This document shows, in pieces, positions 35,914 through 47,668 of a stretch of DNA of 64,000 nucleotides (positions are counted from its first letter, which is position 1; each line of letters starts with the position of its first letter). The translations under genes were made by a program, and so were the position numbers. The stretch lies in NCBI RefSeq assembly GCF_024521635.1, contig NW_026250403.1, positions 2,480,001 to 2,544,000 of the forward strand, in the 5' to 3' direction. The DNA is from Tricharina praecox (Eukaryota). The notes beneath the pieces are model-generated. The model was not told the origin of the DNA. It searched no databases and saw only the letters and a list, made by a program, of their open reading frames with translations.

Positions 35914-36186
35914 ATGTGTCTCCGCGTAGTAGAGAGATACGCCGTCTGCGGGTGTATCTACTTCACTCACGGAGTTGATCGGTGCGGAGCGTACGGCCAG
36001 CACCAGGTCCAGGATCGTGTAGTCCTCGTCGGACACACGTGCCCCCTCCACGCCGCCTCCTACAACCTCCACACCTCCCCCTCCTCCCACCCCTCACCAT
36101 CCCACTGTCCCTCAATGGGGGTGCTCCCGGACTCCTACGGGTCGGGACCGAAGTACTACGACGACTACTACGGCTCGCCCCGCTGA
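35914..36186 (+). CDS. Small Cys/His-rich protein (90 aa), putative zinc-binding, function unknown
   Basis: MCLRVVERYAVCGCIYFTHGVDRCGAYGQHQVQDRVVLVGHTCPLH plus a P/S/Y tail. CA-rich leader with caatcATG, strongly C/G-ending codons, TATA-like tatat/tataa boxes at about 35593 and 35708. Resembles small hypothetical proteins I recall from Pezizomycotina. Confidence 0.8.
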   Translation: MCLRVVERYAVCGCIYFTHGVDRCGAYGQHQVQDRVVLVGHTCPLHAASYNLHTSPSSHPSPSHCPSMGVLPDSYGSGPKYYDDYYGSPR

Positions 36187-37792
36187 ACCAGTTTTTTTCC
36201 TTCCTTGGATACGGTTCGATCAAAATCAAAATCCCCTCATCTTTCGGCCTCGTCTTCCTTCTTCAGCGACCCGCGATATCATCTACCTATCATATCATAT
36301 CAACTCTCGGTTTGATCTCAGTCCGTAGGAGCACACCCCCGGAATGCACTCTCGTGGATTGGAAAGCACTATCCGGAAAACTTGCAACAACATCCTCCTT
36401 CTACTCCTCCTCCTCTCAGCGAGGAGGGGGAGAGAGAGCTGGCAAGAAGTACACTGGGACAGTAGCATGAAACTACCACGGGGGACAAGTGGGTGGAGAG
36501 TTTTACGAAAATCACGGAGAACAAATGGGTCGGTGGGCATGTTTTCTGATGGGATGGGGGGAACGGCGTTTTTTGCTATTACCATTGTTTCTTCTTTTGT
36601 TCTACTGGCTATTAGTCTTTCCTGTACTTTTGTTTAGTTTATGGCGATTTTTCTCCTATGATTCATCCTTCTTCAATTCACGTTTCGTTTTATTCAATGC
36701 TTTCAAAAAGTCTCCATTATTATTTGTTCTCGCAAGTTGCGAGGGTTTACGCACTGAAGTTCAAGTAGTACCAGCATAGAGTACCAGATCGGAACCTCGA
36801 GCATTGGAGCTTGGGGTAAAATAAAAAAGCCGTTTTTGGAAATTTCAATGATAGATCTGCAATTATGAGTTATGTGGAATATGATATGTATGATGTAGAT
36901 ACTATTTGTTGCTTCCCAGCGCCAGCGCCAGTGCTCCCGCGTGGCTGTGCCCTGCGTACAGGCCCGCCGCCGCTAAACTGGTTTTACTCAAAGTGCGCAC
37001 CCGCACCCGCCGTGAGCATGAATTATTCCCTATGACTGACTGACTGGACTGAATGACTGAGGAAAGGCGTGCCCGCCGACGCAGTAGTTATCGGTTTGAA
37101 AGTTCATCTCCCCACCGTCGCTGTCATGACCCGCGCGCATTAGTTACTCCGACGCCGTCTGGATGCACTTTCTTTCTTGCTTTTCCATCCCGTCAGGCGT
37201 AGGAAAGCAGCCTTGCCTTCCTTACCTTGCCATGCGTGTAGGACAGGACAGGACAGTACCTACATGACAGCCTGAGGTTCGGAGTAATACGCATGATACC
37301 CACCTATCATCTATGTATGTACATACCAGCTACCTAGAATCTAGATACCTACTAGCTACCTGCTAGCTAAGTACCTACTCTCACCTACCGCGTTTCAAAT
37401 TTTCGCGACGGGAGTATGTACCTATGGAGTAGGTACGATCGACTTGTTTATCCAGCCTTCGCCTCCGCCTTCCTTCGCCTTCGCCTGAAGCCCACGCCCC
37501 GGCCTCGTCGGACGGTCGGACGTCCCTCCTATGCGTACCTCCCTCGTCGGAGACTCGGAGTGGGTGATCTATTAATACCACCCACCCGGCCAGGTATATT
37601 TGCCGCAGATACGCGAGTCTCAGGGTCTGGTCGAGGCGGGTTCACCAGCCACGATCCGGGGCGAGGGGCGAGGGGGCGAGGCGGCTTACGTGTGGCTAAG
37701 CAAAGAACAAGCACAAGTAGATAGAGTGCCGGTACCGGTACCGGTCTGTAGCGGTGCCGGTCAACTGACTAGTGCATAAAGTACGGTATGTA

Positions 37793-38257
37793 AAGTGCCC
37801 TGACAAAAGGGATTGGACAAAGCCCGTTTTACACCAAAAATGCCCATTTTCATGCAACCCAAACATACCCTCCACCTGGTCGAAAAAAATCGTCTCTTTC
37901 ATAGAAGCGTTAGAATCACAAGATTCTTCATCAATAAAAACTTTGACCACTTTCATCACATATTGGGGCTGTACGAGGTTGTATTGTGCAGGAGTTAAAA
38001 AGTGACATTCCATTTTGTATGGGGCTCCCATACAAAAAGCTACTTAGCAACCATTAACTTTTCCCCCGTATGGTATTGCTCCACAACAACAATTCAGAAC
38101 TCCGTGAGGAGCTTCTATATCGTTCTCGGTGTAGTTATAGAGGCCTCCCGATGGTCTCAGATTTTCTTCGATATGTTGTGGTTGTTGTATCGGTGGTTGA
38201 AAATGGCCATTTTTGGTGTAAAACGGGCACTGTCCAATCCTTTTTGTCCTAGTACTA
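37793..38257. mobile_element. Non-autonomous Tc1/mariner-type element (MITE), about 465 bp, with roughly 60-bp terminal inverted repeats and TA flanks
   Basis: 37802-37852 gacaaaagggattggacaaagcccgttttacaccaaaaatgcccattttca is the reverse complement of 38198-38248 at 47 of 51 positions. Outer ends read TA|aagtgccct.. and TA|tagtactag.., a decayed form of TA|CAGTG. AT-rich interior with no transposase. Confidence 0.85.
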
Positions 38258-39877
38258 TAGCATAGAGTACCACAGTATCATGCTGGGAGCGGGAAGCGTC
38301 TGGGAGTAGAGCAAGGCGTGTATGTAATGATACAGTGGCGGAATGAAGCGGATCAACCTTGAAGGTGGGATCGCGTGGTATGCCTCCCCAAAGCTCCACT
38401 CCGCACGGCGCACCCCCGGGTTTAGCGGGTGCGCTCGGGGCCGGCTCCAGGAACAGCTCCCCCCCAGGCTCCAAGGTGGGTGTCGTTTCGTTTCGTTCGG
38501 CTGCGCCAGCGCGCCTCAAGCTACTACCTTGTACTATGTAGTACGGTACTCTACATAGACTCTAGACTCTGGAGTCTAGGGAAAAGGTCGAATATAGAAT
38601 CATAGATGATGGAGCTCAATGCCTAAAGCCCAAGCCCAAGCCTAAAGGCCCAAAGGCGGTGAAGATCAAGCCTAAAGGCTCAAGGCCGGTGGTGGAGCAT
38701 GAAAAAGCGGCGAGGGCTAGGCAACAGTAAACATAGTAGACTTGGTGAATCGCTTGTTTTCTTTCGGGCGGGTGTCTTTGGTTAGTTACTGGGGCTTTGA
38801 GCTACCGGTACGTACTAGGTATCTACTCTACAAACGGGCTGTTTGGAAAAGCGAAATATACCGTACCGTAGAGTACCAGGAGCTGCCAATAAGTGGTGCC
38901 TCACCACCATTACGAATTATCTGCACTAGTCTATATTAGGAGCACACTAATCCAGATACAATGAAATGAGTGAGTGGTTGTGACTAAGTTGTATGGGGTA
39001 AAAACTGGTGAGGCAGCACTTACCCTTACACCCGAGTACAGTACCGTGCTCTACCGGTACATACCGACCGACAATCATCTCGCGAGCATGGAAGAGCCCC
39101 CTTGTAATCGCTCCGAGAAGAAAAGAAAAGAAAAGACAAGAAAATAAAGAAAGAACAAGTATAGTTCGAGCCCCTCCCCCGGAGCTACCATACGCGGCGC
39201 AGAGGCGGTGAAGATGGTAGATTTCGCTGCCGTCAGGCAACAAGCAACAGGCAACAGTGTCGCCCCGCACCGGAGTCTTCTCGCCTCGGAGCCTGGAGGA
39301 GTGGTTTATACATAGCACAGTGTGTTTAGTTTGTGTTCATGATCGGCGCGGTGTTTTGAGAAGCGAGCTGGAGGTGTAACAACCATTCCTATGCATATCC
39401 TTCGCACGTGGAGACGAAGAGGCGGGGTATGTTTGTATTCTACTCATGTAGGGAGGATTATAATTTATACTAGCTATCGTGACGCTTCGATTGGCCGAGG
39501 ACTTGGACGGGCGTTTGTCAAAAAAAATGTTTCAGCTCGGACTAACTACGGACTAGGAGTTTAGCTCTCGGCTTCAGTATCCATTCGCTCTGCCGCGTTT
39601 GATTCGCTGCGCGGGATATGTATTACGAATTTACGACGAGTTCCGAGACAGGAATACATCAGTTATGTAGGTACGTACGTCTTGCTTTACGGGATGGAAT
39701 GGTTAGTATGTAGATATTTTCGTCTGTTATGTTTGCGCGAACGGGTACTACCTACACGGTACTACACGACACGGTACAGCACGGCCACACGAGTCACAAG
39801 ATATCACCATGCGTCCCTTCTCTTTGCTAGGAGCCAGGTCCCAGACTACGGGTATCATACTACCCCACCCCCATCCA

Positions 39878-40606
39878 CTATAATGCCACCCCCTCCCCCT
39901 CCCCCTCTCCCTCCGCGGCCTTCACCTCATCCCTCCTCCCCTCCAAAAACCTCAGTAGATTCCTCGCCTCAGCGACTTTAGCGCCGTCCCAAACGCCATC
40001 AACGATCTCGCCGGCATCATGCACCAGCTCCTCAGCGCGCCGCAGGGTCTGCTCTAGCACGTCCAGGTCCCTACTGTTCCCGCCCGGCAGGAGGAACCAC
40101 ATCCTTACTGCCGCGGAGCGCTTCCATTCCAGGTCGTACCGATGCGCGGGTGAGAGCGCGTGAGTTGCGACGGCGAGAGAGAGTGGGTCGTACACGCTGT
40201 GGATGGGGGAGGCGGGGAAGAGTAGTCGTGGGATTTGTGTGAGCAGAATGGTCAGTGCTAGTGCGCGGCGCGGAGTCGTGGCGAGGGTGGCGATCGTGCT
40301 GGGTGTGAAGGTCGTGGAGAGGAGGGTTAGCAGCGGTGTGAAGATCCTGTGTGTGGGATGGCGTTTAGTCAGGGCACACGAGCCGGAGGGGGGAGGATGG
40401 GGGGGGGAACACTACCCGCAGGACCGGGCGAACTCCGGGGTCCGCAGGAACCAGCGGCGGACTAGGCTCGGATCTGCTGGGGCGCCAGAGGAGAGGTCGT
40501 AGCCGTCGAACCAGAAGCTCAGGAGGGCGTCGACATCGGTGGTGGTGAAATTCGGGTTGTCGCCCGCTGTGGAAGTCAGCATCGGCGTCGGCGTGGGGCT
40601 GGTCAT
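39878..40606 (-). CDS. Divergent DUF924-like protein (about 219 aa, 2 exons)
   Basis: Exons 40606-40416 and 40346-39878 join in frame (660 nt); the donor gtagtg is weak, branch ctgactaa and acceptor cag are good. LLSFWF...RRWF, LALTILLTQIPRLLF, YDPLSLAVA and RMWFLLP parallel the DUF924 motifs FWF..WF, LA.IILLDQ.PR, D..AL and R.F.YLP. Confidence 0.7.
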
Positions 40607-41039
40607 GGCTGCGTGCGCACGGGATGTCCGCCTGCCTGGAGCCTTGTTTAGCTGCGCGAGGTAAGGTGAAAACGGAGGGTGGCCGGCGGTGCGCACGGCT
40701 AAGGGTAAGGGTACTATTGAATTGCTCAGCGCCACTTGGATTCATCAATCGTCATGCCACTGCTCGTCACCATAAAAGTTGAATTGTAAGTAAACGTTTC
40801 AATCACAGTTGGAAAACTTTGGAAAGTCGCGAGTTCAAAACTTCTCCATTGTGCACAATAAAAACTACTCGTACATGATACACCAAAAACCACTCCCAAT
40901 CCCCCATCGCTAAAGCTCATTCAAACATTATCCAAGAAGTCAAACCAGACATGCATCCATAAATCATTAAAATCTCGTCCTCTCCTCCTTCCTTCCCTCC
41001 CATGTGTCCTTACTTTCTCTCATGCAAAACTCATCCCCT

Positions 41040-41564
41040 TTACACGACGGTTCCCCTAGAGCGGCGGGTGCGGTTCGAGTCGGACCTCGTGGCGGCCAAG
41101 ATTCCGAGCACAGTAGTGGCGAAGAACAAGAAGAGCTGAATGATGACGCCGGCGACGAGGAGCTTGACGAGCCCGGACATCAAGTCGGGGTGGTCGCCCT
41201 CGAGCTGGGCGCGGCGCACATCCATCAGGGACCACCAGAGAGGGTTGCGGCGGCGGTCGCCGTGGTAGTTGTGGCGGAGGAGGATGGCCGAGGCCAGGTA
41301 GAGGACGAAGACGACGAAGTCGAGGAACGCAGCCACCAATTGGAGGGTGTGGTTCAGGAAGAAGATGGCGGCCATCGAGAGCATGGTGAGGATCAGTGCG
41401 ATGACCGAGGCGGCCAGAGGCAGAGACACTTCGCGCAGGACTCGGAAGCCGCCATCACGGTATTGGTCGACCATGTAGGACGTGATGCCCATCAGGATGA
41501 CGGCGAAGAAGAACTGGAGGAGGCGGATGATCCATGTCGCAATCTTTGCAGCGCCGGATACCAT
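41040..41564 (-). CDS. MARVEL-type four-TM membrane protein (174 aa, intronless)
   Basis: Four hydrophobic segments; IRLLQFFFAVILMGITSY and AAFLDFVVFVLYLASAILL are typical of fungal MARVEL proteins; start context aaaaATGG; GC3-rich codons. Confidence 0.85.
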   Translation of the reverse strand: MVSGAAKIATWIIRLLQFFFAVILMGITSYMVDQYRDGGFRVLREVSLPLAASVIALILTMLSMAAIFFLNHTLQLVAAFLDFVVFVLYLASAILLRHNYHGDRRRNPLWWSLMDVRRAQLEGDHPDLMSGLVKLLVAGVIIQLFLFFATTVLGILAATRSDSNRTRRSRGTVV

Positions 41565-44500
41565 TTTTGCGGTTGTTTGGAGGAGGTAGTTGAGAGGATG
41601 GCTTTACTGTGGCTTGAGCGTCGATGGATGAGACCCTGTGAGGCTTCTCCGGAGTAGTGTATGTTTTTGGGGCTGGACGAGGAGGTTACTGCTCGAGTTG
41701 CTGTGAATGCTGTGGATGCTGACTTTGATATGGATGTTCTCGGGAGTGGCCCACTTTTATAACAGACATCCATTATCATCGTTAGAATGGGGTGGTCCGT
41801 CTGGAGAATAGAATACGGCCTACGTCATGGGGCCAACGAAACACCGACTCAGTGACAGCAGCAACAACAGTGACCGCTCTGGATGCCGCCCTTCAATCGT
41901 TCGCCTACCTTGTTCTTTGTCATTTGAACAGTGCCGATCAATGCCTGGGATCGGAAAATCTTGTAGCAACGTCTGGGTTTGGGTTTGGGTATTGAAGAGG
42001 GGGGGGATGACAAGGAATGCTGCAATCACATTGTTGACTGGGGGTCAAAATCTTGATTTGGTGGTGTCGGACGGGGGCACGAGGCCCAACCGCATTTTCA
42101 TCAAGGCCATCGTCGGCGTCGAATTTCGGCTTGGGGAGTCCTTGGATTACAGTGCCGAGTGCTGGCAGCAAGGTGGTTGTGTCAAGGTATGGGTACTCTA
42201 CCGCGGCGCTCTGCCCCGGCCCTGGTACTTTTGCAACACAGCACTAACCATACCACGCGTGGCCAAACGGCACGTACGAGCAGGTACCTCGTCATCCGAC
42301 AGACTCTACGTCGCATGTACCGGCGCCGACTCGAAGGCGCGATCGGGGGGGCGATGGATGGAAGGCCTCTCCGGTTGGCTGTGGGCAAACACACGTTGTT
42401 CCCGGATCCCAGTCTCCGTGAAACTTTTGGTTGCACGAGCAACTGTGACGTTGCGGTGCAGGCCAGTCAGCGGCTGCAGGCCGGGGACTGGGAAGAAGCA
42501 GCAGCAGCAGCTCCAGCTCCAGCTCCAGCCACTGCCGACCCCGACAGCGACAGAACCAAAAATCACGAGCAGAGATCTCTGATATCGGCGCGCATCTCTC
42601 CTCCATTGAGCAACGAAAGCGGAGTGGCTGTCATCGGTCGAGGATGCATGAGTGCTCCGAAGTGTGTCTATTGTTCGACGGTCGGCGGTGGTCTGATACG
42701 AGCACTGACGTCATCCTTCGCGAAGTCCACAACGGCGCGACATTCCTTCGATGGCCATCGATGCAGAGACCTGTCCGGTGCTCTACCTAACTCGCCAACC
42801 CTCCTGCCGACATCCGCGGAGAAGTTTCGAGAGGGTTCTCTCTCGCATCAAGTCTCCTCGCTGCGGAGAATGGGCAGACTCGCGGTCATCGTGGGTAGTT
42901 ACTGTAATCGACTGCAGGCAGAGGTCGAGGCCAGAAGAAGAGGAAAAGGAAGAAGATGAAGATGAAAGTGGAGATGAAGAAGTCGCTAGCCTTGTCTTCC
43001 ATACCTCTCACGATCTTTGCAATTCCCCTATGGGCCGTTTCCGGCCGTCCTGCCCTGTACCGGACGGATCAAGCAGCCGTCGATTCTAGGTATGATACAT
43101 ACGGTACTCTACTGTGCGGAAGGGAGCCTGCCGCTTTCGAAGATAGTGGGAAGGACCTCCGGGCCAGCCAGTGGTGTAGACATGGTAGGATGAGAAATCA
43201 AGCCACCCTTGAGTCCTCAACACAATATCTGCTCGCAAATTCGGCGAATAGGCGACGCGTTTTCTCAACCACTATCATGTGCAATCCGGACAAGTGTGGC
43301 GCAGCGTTGAGGCGAGTTGTCGCAATTCCGATTGACCCATGATTTTCGATGATAGCTTCGACGATAGCTACGTTCACAGCCTGGGCACCGCACGCCGGCC
43401 ACCGCGAATGCCTTCTCGATGCGGGTTCTCATGGAACATCATTTAGAGTAGGCTTGCGATCAACCGCTGGATCATAAGCGAGCTGGCCACCCCGGACCTT
43501 ATGTGGTTAACTTGATTTTCGTTTCTCTCGGTTGACACAACGCACGCACGACGGGACACTACGTAGAGTACCATAGCTTCCGTCTGGCGGCATATGCATA
43601 AACAACGTTTCTGGGGATTCACCATGGCCGCTGTGCCAGGAGAACTCCCGTCGGACAGAACATCATGCAGCATTCAAATTAGGCAGTACTATTCCATAAC
43701 GGCAGTACATATAGCACATCTTTAACGTTTTGGCCGAACACTTGTCTAAGCGACATCCACAGTTATGCATAGATATCTACACAAACAACACCGAGGCGCC
43801 GAATTGAAAGGGGAGGCTGGTTGGCAGCGGCGAGGATTCGCCATTGGCGGTAGAGCGCCGTTGACGTCGTCGCCGCCTTTTCAGTGTAATCTAATCCGAT
43901 TTTGTGGGCCCGCTCGGTGGGCAATTCCGGATGTCCATCAATCGTCGTCCAATTGCCTGGCTAGTACTGTTTCATGATGCTTCGCTGAGCAGTGGAGCGC
44001 GCGCTCGTACAGATCTGTTATGTACCGAGCGGGTCGTGCATATATCACGAAAAATAAGGGCGTTTTTTGGTTTATGAAAGTCCTCACCTTTGACTCCTGT
44101 CTCCGTGCAATCATCTTGAACTCTAGAGACACCTTAAATGTAAGCCTTCTTTTCGCTCGGACAAAAAAAAAATCCTTCTCACGATGGAGTTCACTGGCGA
44201 TTTCCACGTCCAGAAGAACCTCACAGTACGCCAGTACCGCCAGGAGTGTCGAAAACTGCAGGTTAATATCTGGAAACAAGTCCCGATCCCAGGTACTTTT
44301 TTGAAATTCCCCGTACCTCTCATTCCTCCGTCATAGGCTCCCTCATAGGCTCCTTCATCATGCCAATGCTCGCCGCGCCTTCTCGCTGCCGCCGTCAAAC
44401 CCCTGATACGGTACCTACCGTGGCATTGGGGAATTTTCGTTCGAATTTTGAGACAGATAACCTTGAACTTATCGAAGTCTATGCAACTCCAATCACGAGC

Positions 44501-45077
44501 CCGGAGCCAGATAGATTGTGAGATGGCCCATGGGAATGTCCAGTGTAGCATAGTATACACCCTACATACAACGCTGGAGGTACCGGGCGATTCCGGAAGA
44601 AGCTCAGCACAGTAGGTTCCAAAATGTGCAGCACACTTTGCGCCTATCTCTTTACGAACGGTGCATAGCTGATTCATGATTCATCCTCACATCTTTAGAG
44701 CCTCCTCGGAGTCTGTATCAGTGATCACTAATTGCGAAACCTCAGTCCTCGATAAGGTAGTTAACCTGATTTCCTTCTGGTGTTGAGTCTGTCGGAATAG
44801 TGAAGGTGCACAAACTCATTTTGCAGCAAGCTGCCTCAAGCAGTATGTCCACGAACTGTTCTCATCAACTAGGCCAGGCCTGATCAACGAGTACATACAG
44901 CCCGCGGGACTCGGCGGGGAAAAGTATCGTTTAAAGCTTTTACCTCACTCATGAATATTTCGTATGTAGAGTACCTACACAGGCAGCAAGACCACCCATC
45001 CCGCTCCCCGCAGTACCTTGGCTCGAAGTGCATCACCTCTATCATTCATGTCACAACCCTTACTGCCAACAATCATC

Positions 45078-45196
45078 AGCTACGGTCATAGAACCATGAA
45101 CACACGGCTTCCCGTCCGCTCAGCCCTAGTTAAGCATGGTATCGCCAGGTTAGTACTGCAGTGGGTGACCATGCGGGAATCCCTGGTACCGTAGTT
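45078..45196 (+). rRNA. Dispersed 5S rRNA gene (119 nt)
   Basis: Helix I agctacggt/accgtagtt; helix II gaaccatg/catggt(a)tc with the bulged A; conserved ggcttcccgtccgctcagcc, ttaag, ggttagta and gtgggtgacca..gaatccc; helix V gccagg/cctggt; T-runs immediately downstream. Confidence 0.95.
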
Positions 45197-45209
45197 TTTG
45201 TTTTATTTT
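45195..45209 (+). terminator. RNA polymerase III T-run terminator of the 5S gene
   Basis: tttttgttttatttt at and directly after the 3' end of the 5S sequence. Confidence 0.8.
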
Positions 45210-47668
45210 ACTCCCGACATGTGTCCACTGTCCATTGGATGTAAAAGCTTCGAGGCCTAACGCGCGAAGAATTTTCGAAGACCCTTTTTCGGCTTCGAGT
45301 TCTCGCAGCGCGAAGGGTCTTCTCTTAATCCGATTCGACTCCAAGTACTCTGTTGACTCGGATTTTCCAAAACGTCGGTGAACCGCCCTGCTCTCCGGCG
45401 CCCAGCATCCATCTCTTTGATATCTAATTATGGATCCAGAAGGGGTAGAAAGGTTTTGAGTTGGCCCGTCACCTGCTTCTACACTTATGGCTTGGAATCC
45501 TGCATAGTCAGTCACTCGACCTTACGGAGTGATAATCTATGCACGTACAACAAAAACCGAGATGAGATTAGGACTTTGGACCTACGCGCGTCAAGAGACA
45601 TATGTAGCCCATGTCTATTGAGCTCTAGTCTTGTATCGGTTGGTTTAACCCGCTGGGCGTGAGTCATCATCCTTCGCACGGTAGATAAGATAAGATGCGA
45701 TTGGACAGCCGCACGAGCAGTGGTTGCAGGCTTATTCTTGTAGCCGCGTAGCCTTGCTTCTCGTCCTAGACAAAGACGATGAACACTCCTACTGATTCTT
45801 TCTTCTTACCTCTCTGCAATAATCGGCAGCAGCACGCTTTGGTCGAGACTCTCTGAGGCGGAATATTACATCTGGGCAGGGAAAGCACTAGATGCGTTGA
45901 CAACAATCTCAGGATACCACGATCTTCTTATTGAGAGGGATATATACAGCGCACCACTTTTTAGATAGACGGTCAAGGGCACCGGCTCCTGACGTGCTTC
46001 AAGCGGACCATTAAAGTGCCATGGATTGTCAAGATGGCAGGATGCCAGGGACATTTAGACAGGCCCGGATCACTCGTGTCTAGACTCTACTGACTACAGT
46101 TATAATACATATAGGTTTATGGGTGTTTGATTTGTGCGCTATATATACCAAGCAGCTCATATGACATAGGTACTAGAGCAAAGGTCTATAACCGGCAGCA
46201 GACGTCTTGCGCGTGCCATGTGGATACCTTAAATACCTATCGCTTCAACAGTATCTGTGCAAGTACATACATTACCAAGATCATTCTCGCCTGGGAATCC
46301 CTGGCTTACGTCTCCAGCCGCTAGGTAGTACCGTACCTCGTCAAACAGACGCCTCTCGATCGGATAGCGCGGCTTCCTTCATTTCACTTTGTGTGGCGCC
46401 GTGATCGATGTGCACACTGCATAGAGAGAGGAGGCGTTCTGTTCTTCCCGATGAAAGGGCGATTTGGTGCCCGCCTCGGCTCGTGACTCGCAAGTCGTCT
46501 GCCGTTCCGTGGGAGGCTCTGCTCGGGAATCGGGATGTTTGCAGTACTCTAACTAGGTAATTCGTGTCAGGTTGTCAGCCACTCGCCAAACGTGGTTTCA
46601 CATAGAGTGTAACTTACCGTGTAAATTGCAATATAAACCTTCCAGGGCTAGGGGCCTGGGGCGGCCATGGAAGTTTGTGAAGTCGGCTGTATGTATTGTA
46701 CGCGTGTCGGAACGCACATATCTAGAGTATCTGAGCGGCATTCGCCATCCGCCGGTAAACAACTACCCAGCTATTTTTAGATATCGGTCGGGACTCGGTG
46801 ACTCGGCCGTGCACGGGGCCACTGGCATGCACGGCCACATAGATAGCCGAGCGGTCTTCAGCCCCGCCACGCAGAGGCGCAGTCAGTGAATCGACAGAAC
46901 CGCTCGCGTTACACGCACGTACGGACGGATCGCGAGAGGGGAAACTCGGAAACTGTGCAGCTCGGAAACAGGTTTGCATGCTGACAGTGCGTCAGGTTTT
47001 GGATTCATCATCATAAGTTCATAACCGCCATGCTTCTATGCATAGGTACTCTAGGTGGGTGGGTGCGCAAATACGGTTCGTCCACTCTCTTGATCGCCTC
47101 GGCGACGGCGTGCTCATCGTTTTTTTCGTCTGGGAAAACCGATAGGTTGGTTATTCCGTAGACAGGTATCATACGTAGGTACAGGTATGTAGGCAGGGCG
47201 AGGGTCTGCCACGGCCCACCGCCAGTGGTTCCGAATGCTGCGATAATCCTTCCGCCAGTCATCGCATACCTTCTTTCCTCCCACTGAATATCATTGGGGT
47301 AACGTATCTGCACGCAGCAGGTAGAATCCCCTGCGGTCGATCCTGATGCCGTGGCTGCTCTTTGCTGGTACCGCAGATCCGGGTACATACCACCGCAGAG
47401 CGGATTTTGAAGTACTCATACAGTACAGTAGAGTAATCACGAATACGCATCATCAGGCCCACTAAGCAGCGTGAATAGATAAGTACACACCCCGCCCGCA
47501 CCTCATAATCACAGAAAAAGAAGACGTGTCACGCTTACGGAAGATCCTTTGCCACACGTCAGGTCGGCAGCAGAGGGTATAAGATGGCCGCAAATTCTCC
47601 CACGCGGTGCGAGGGCAGGGCACTTTCATGGGCTTTCCGGACAACACCAACATCAGCATAATACCATC

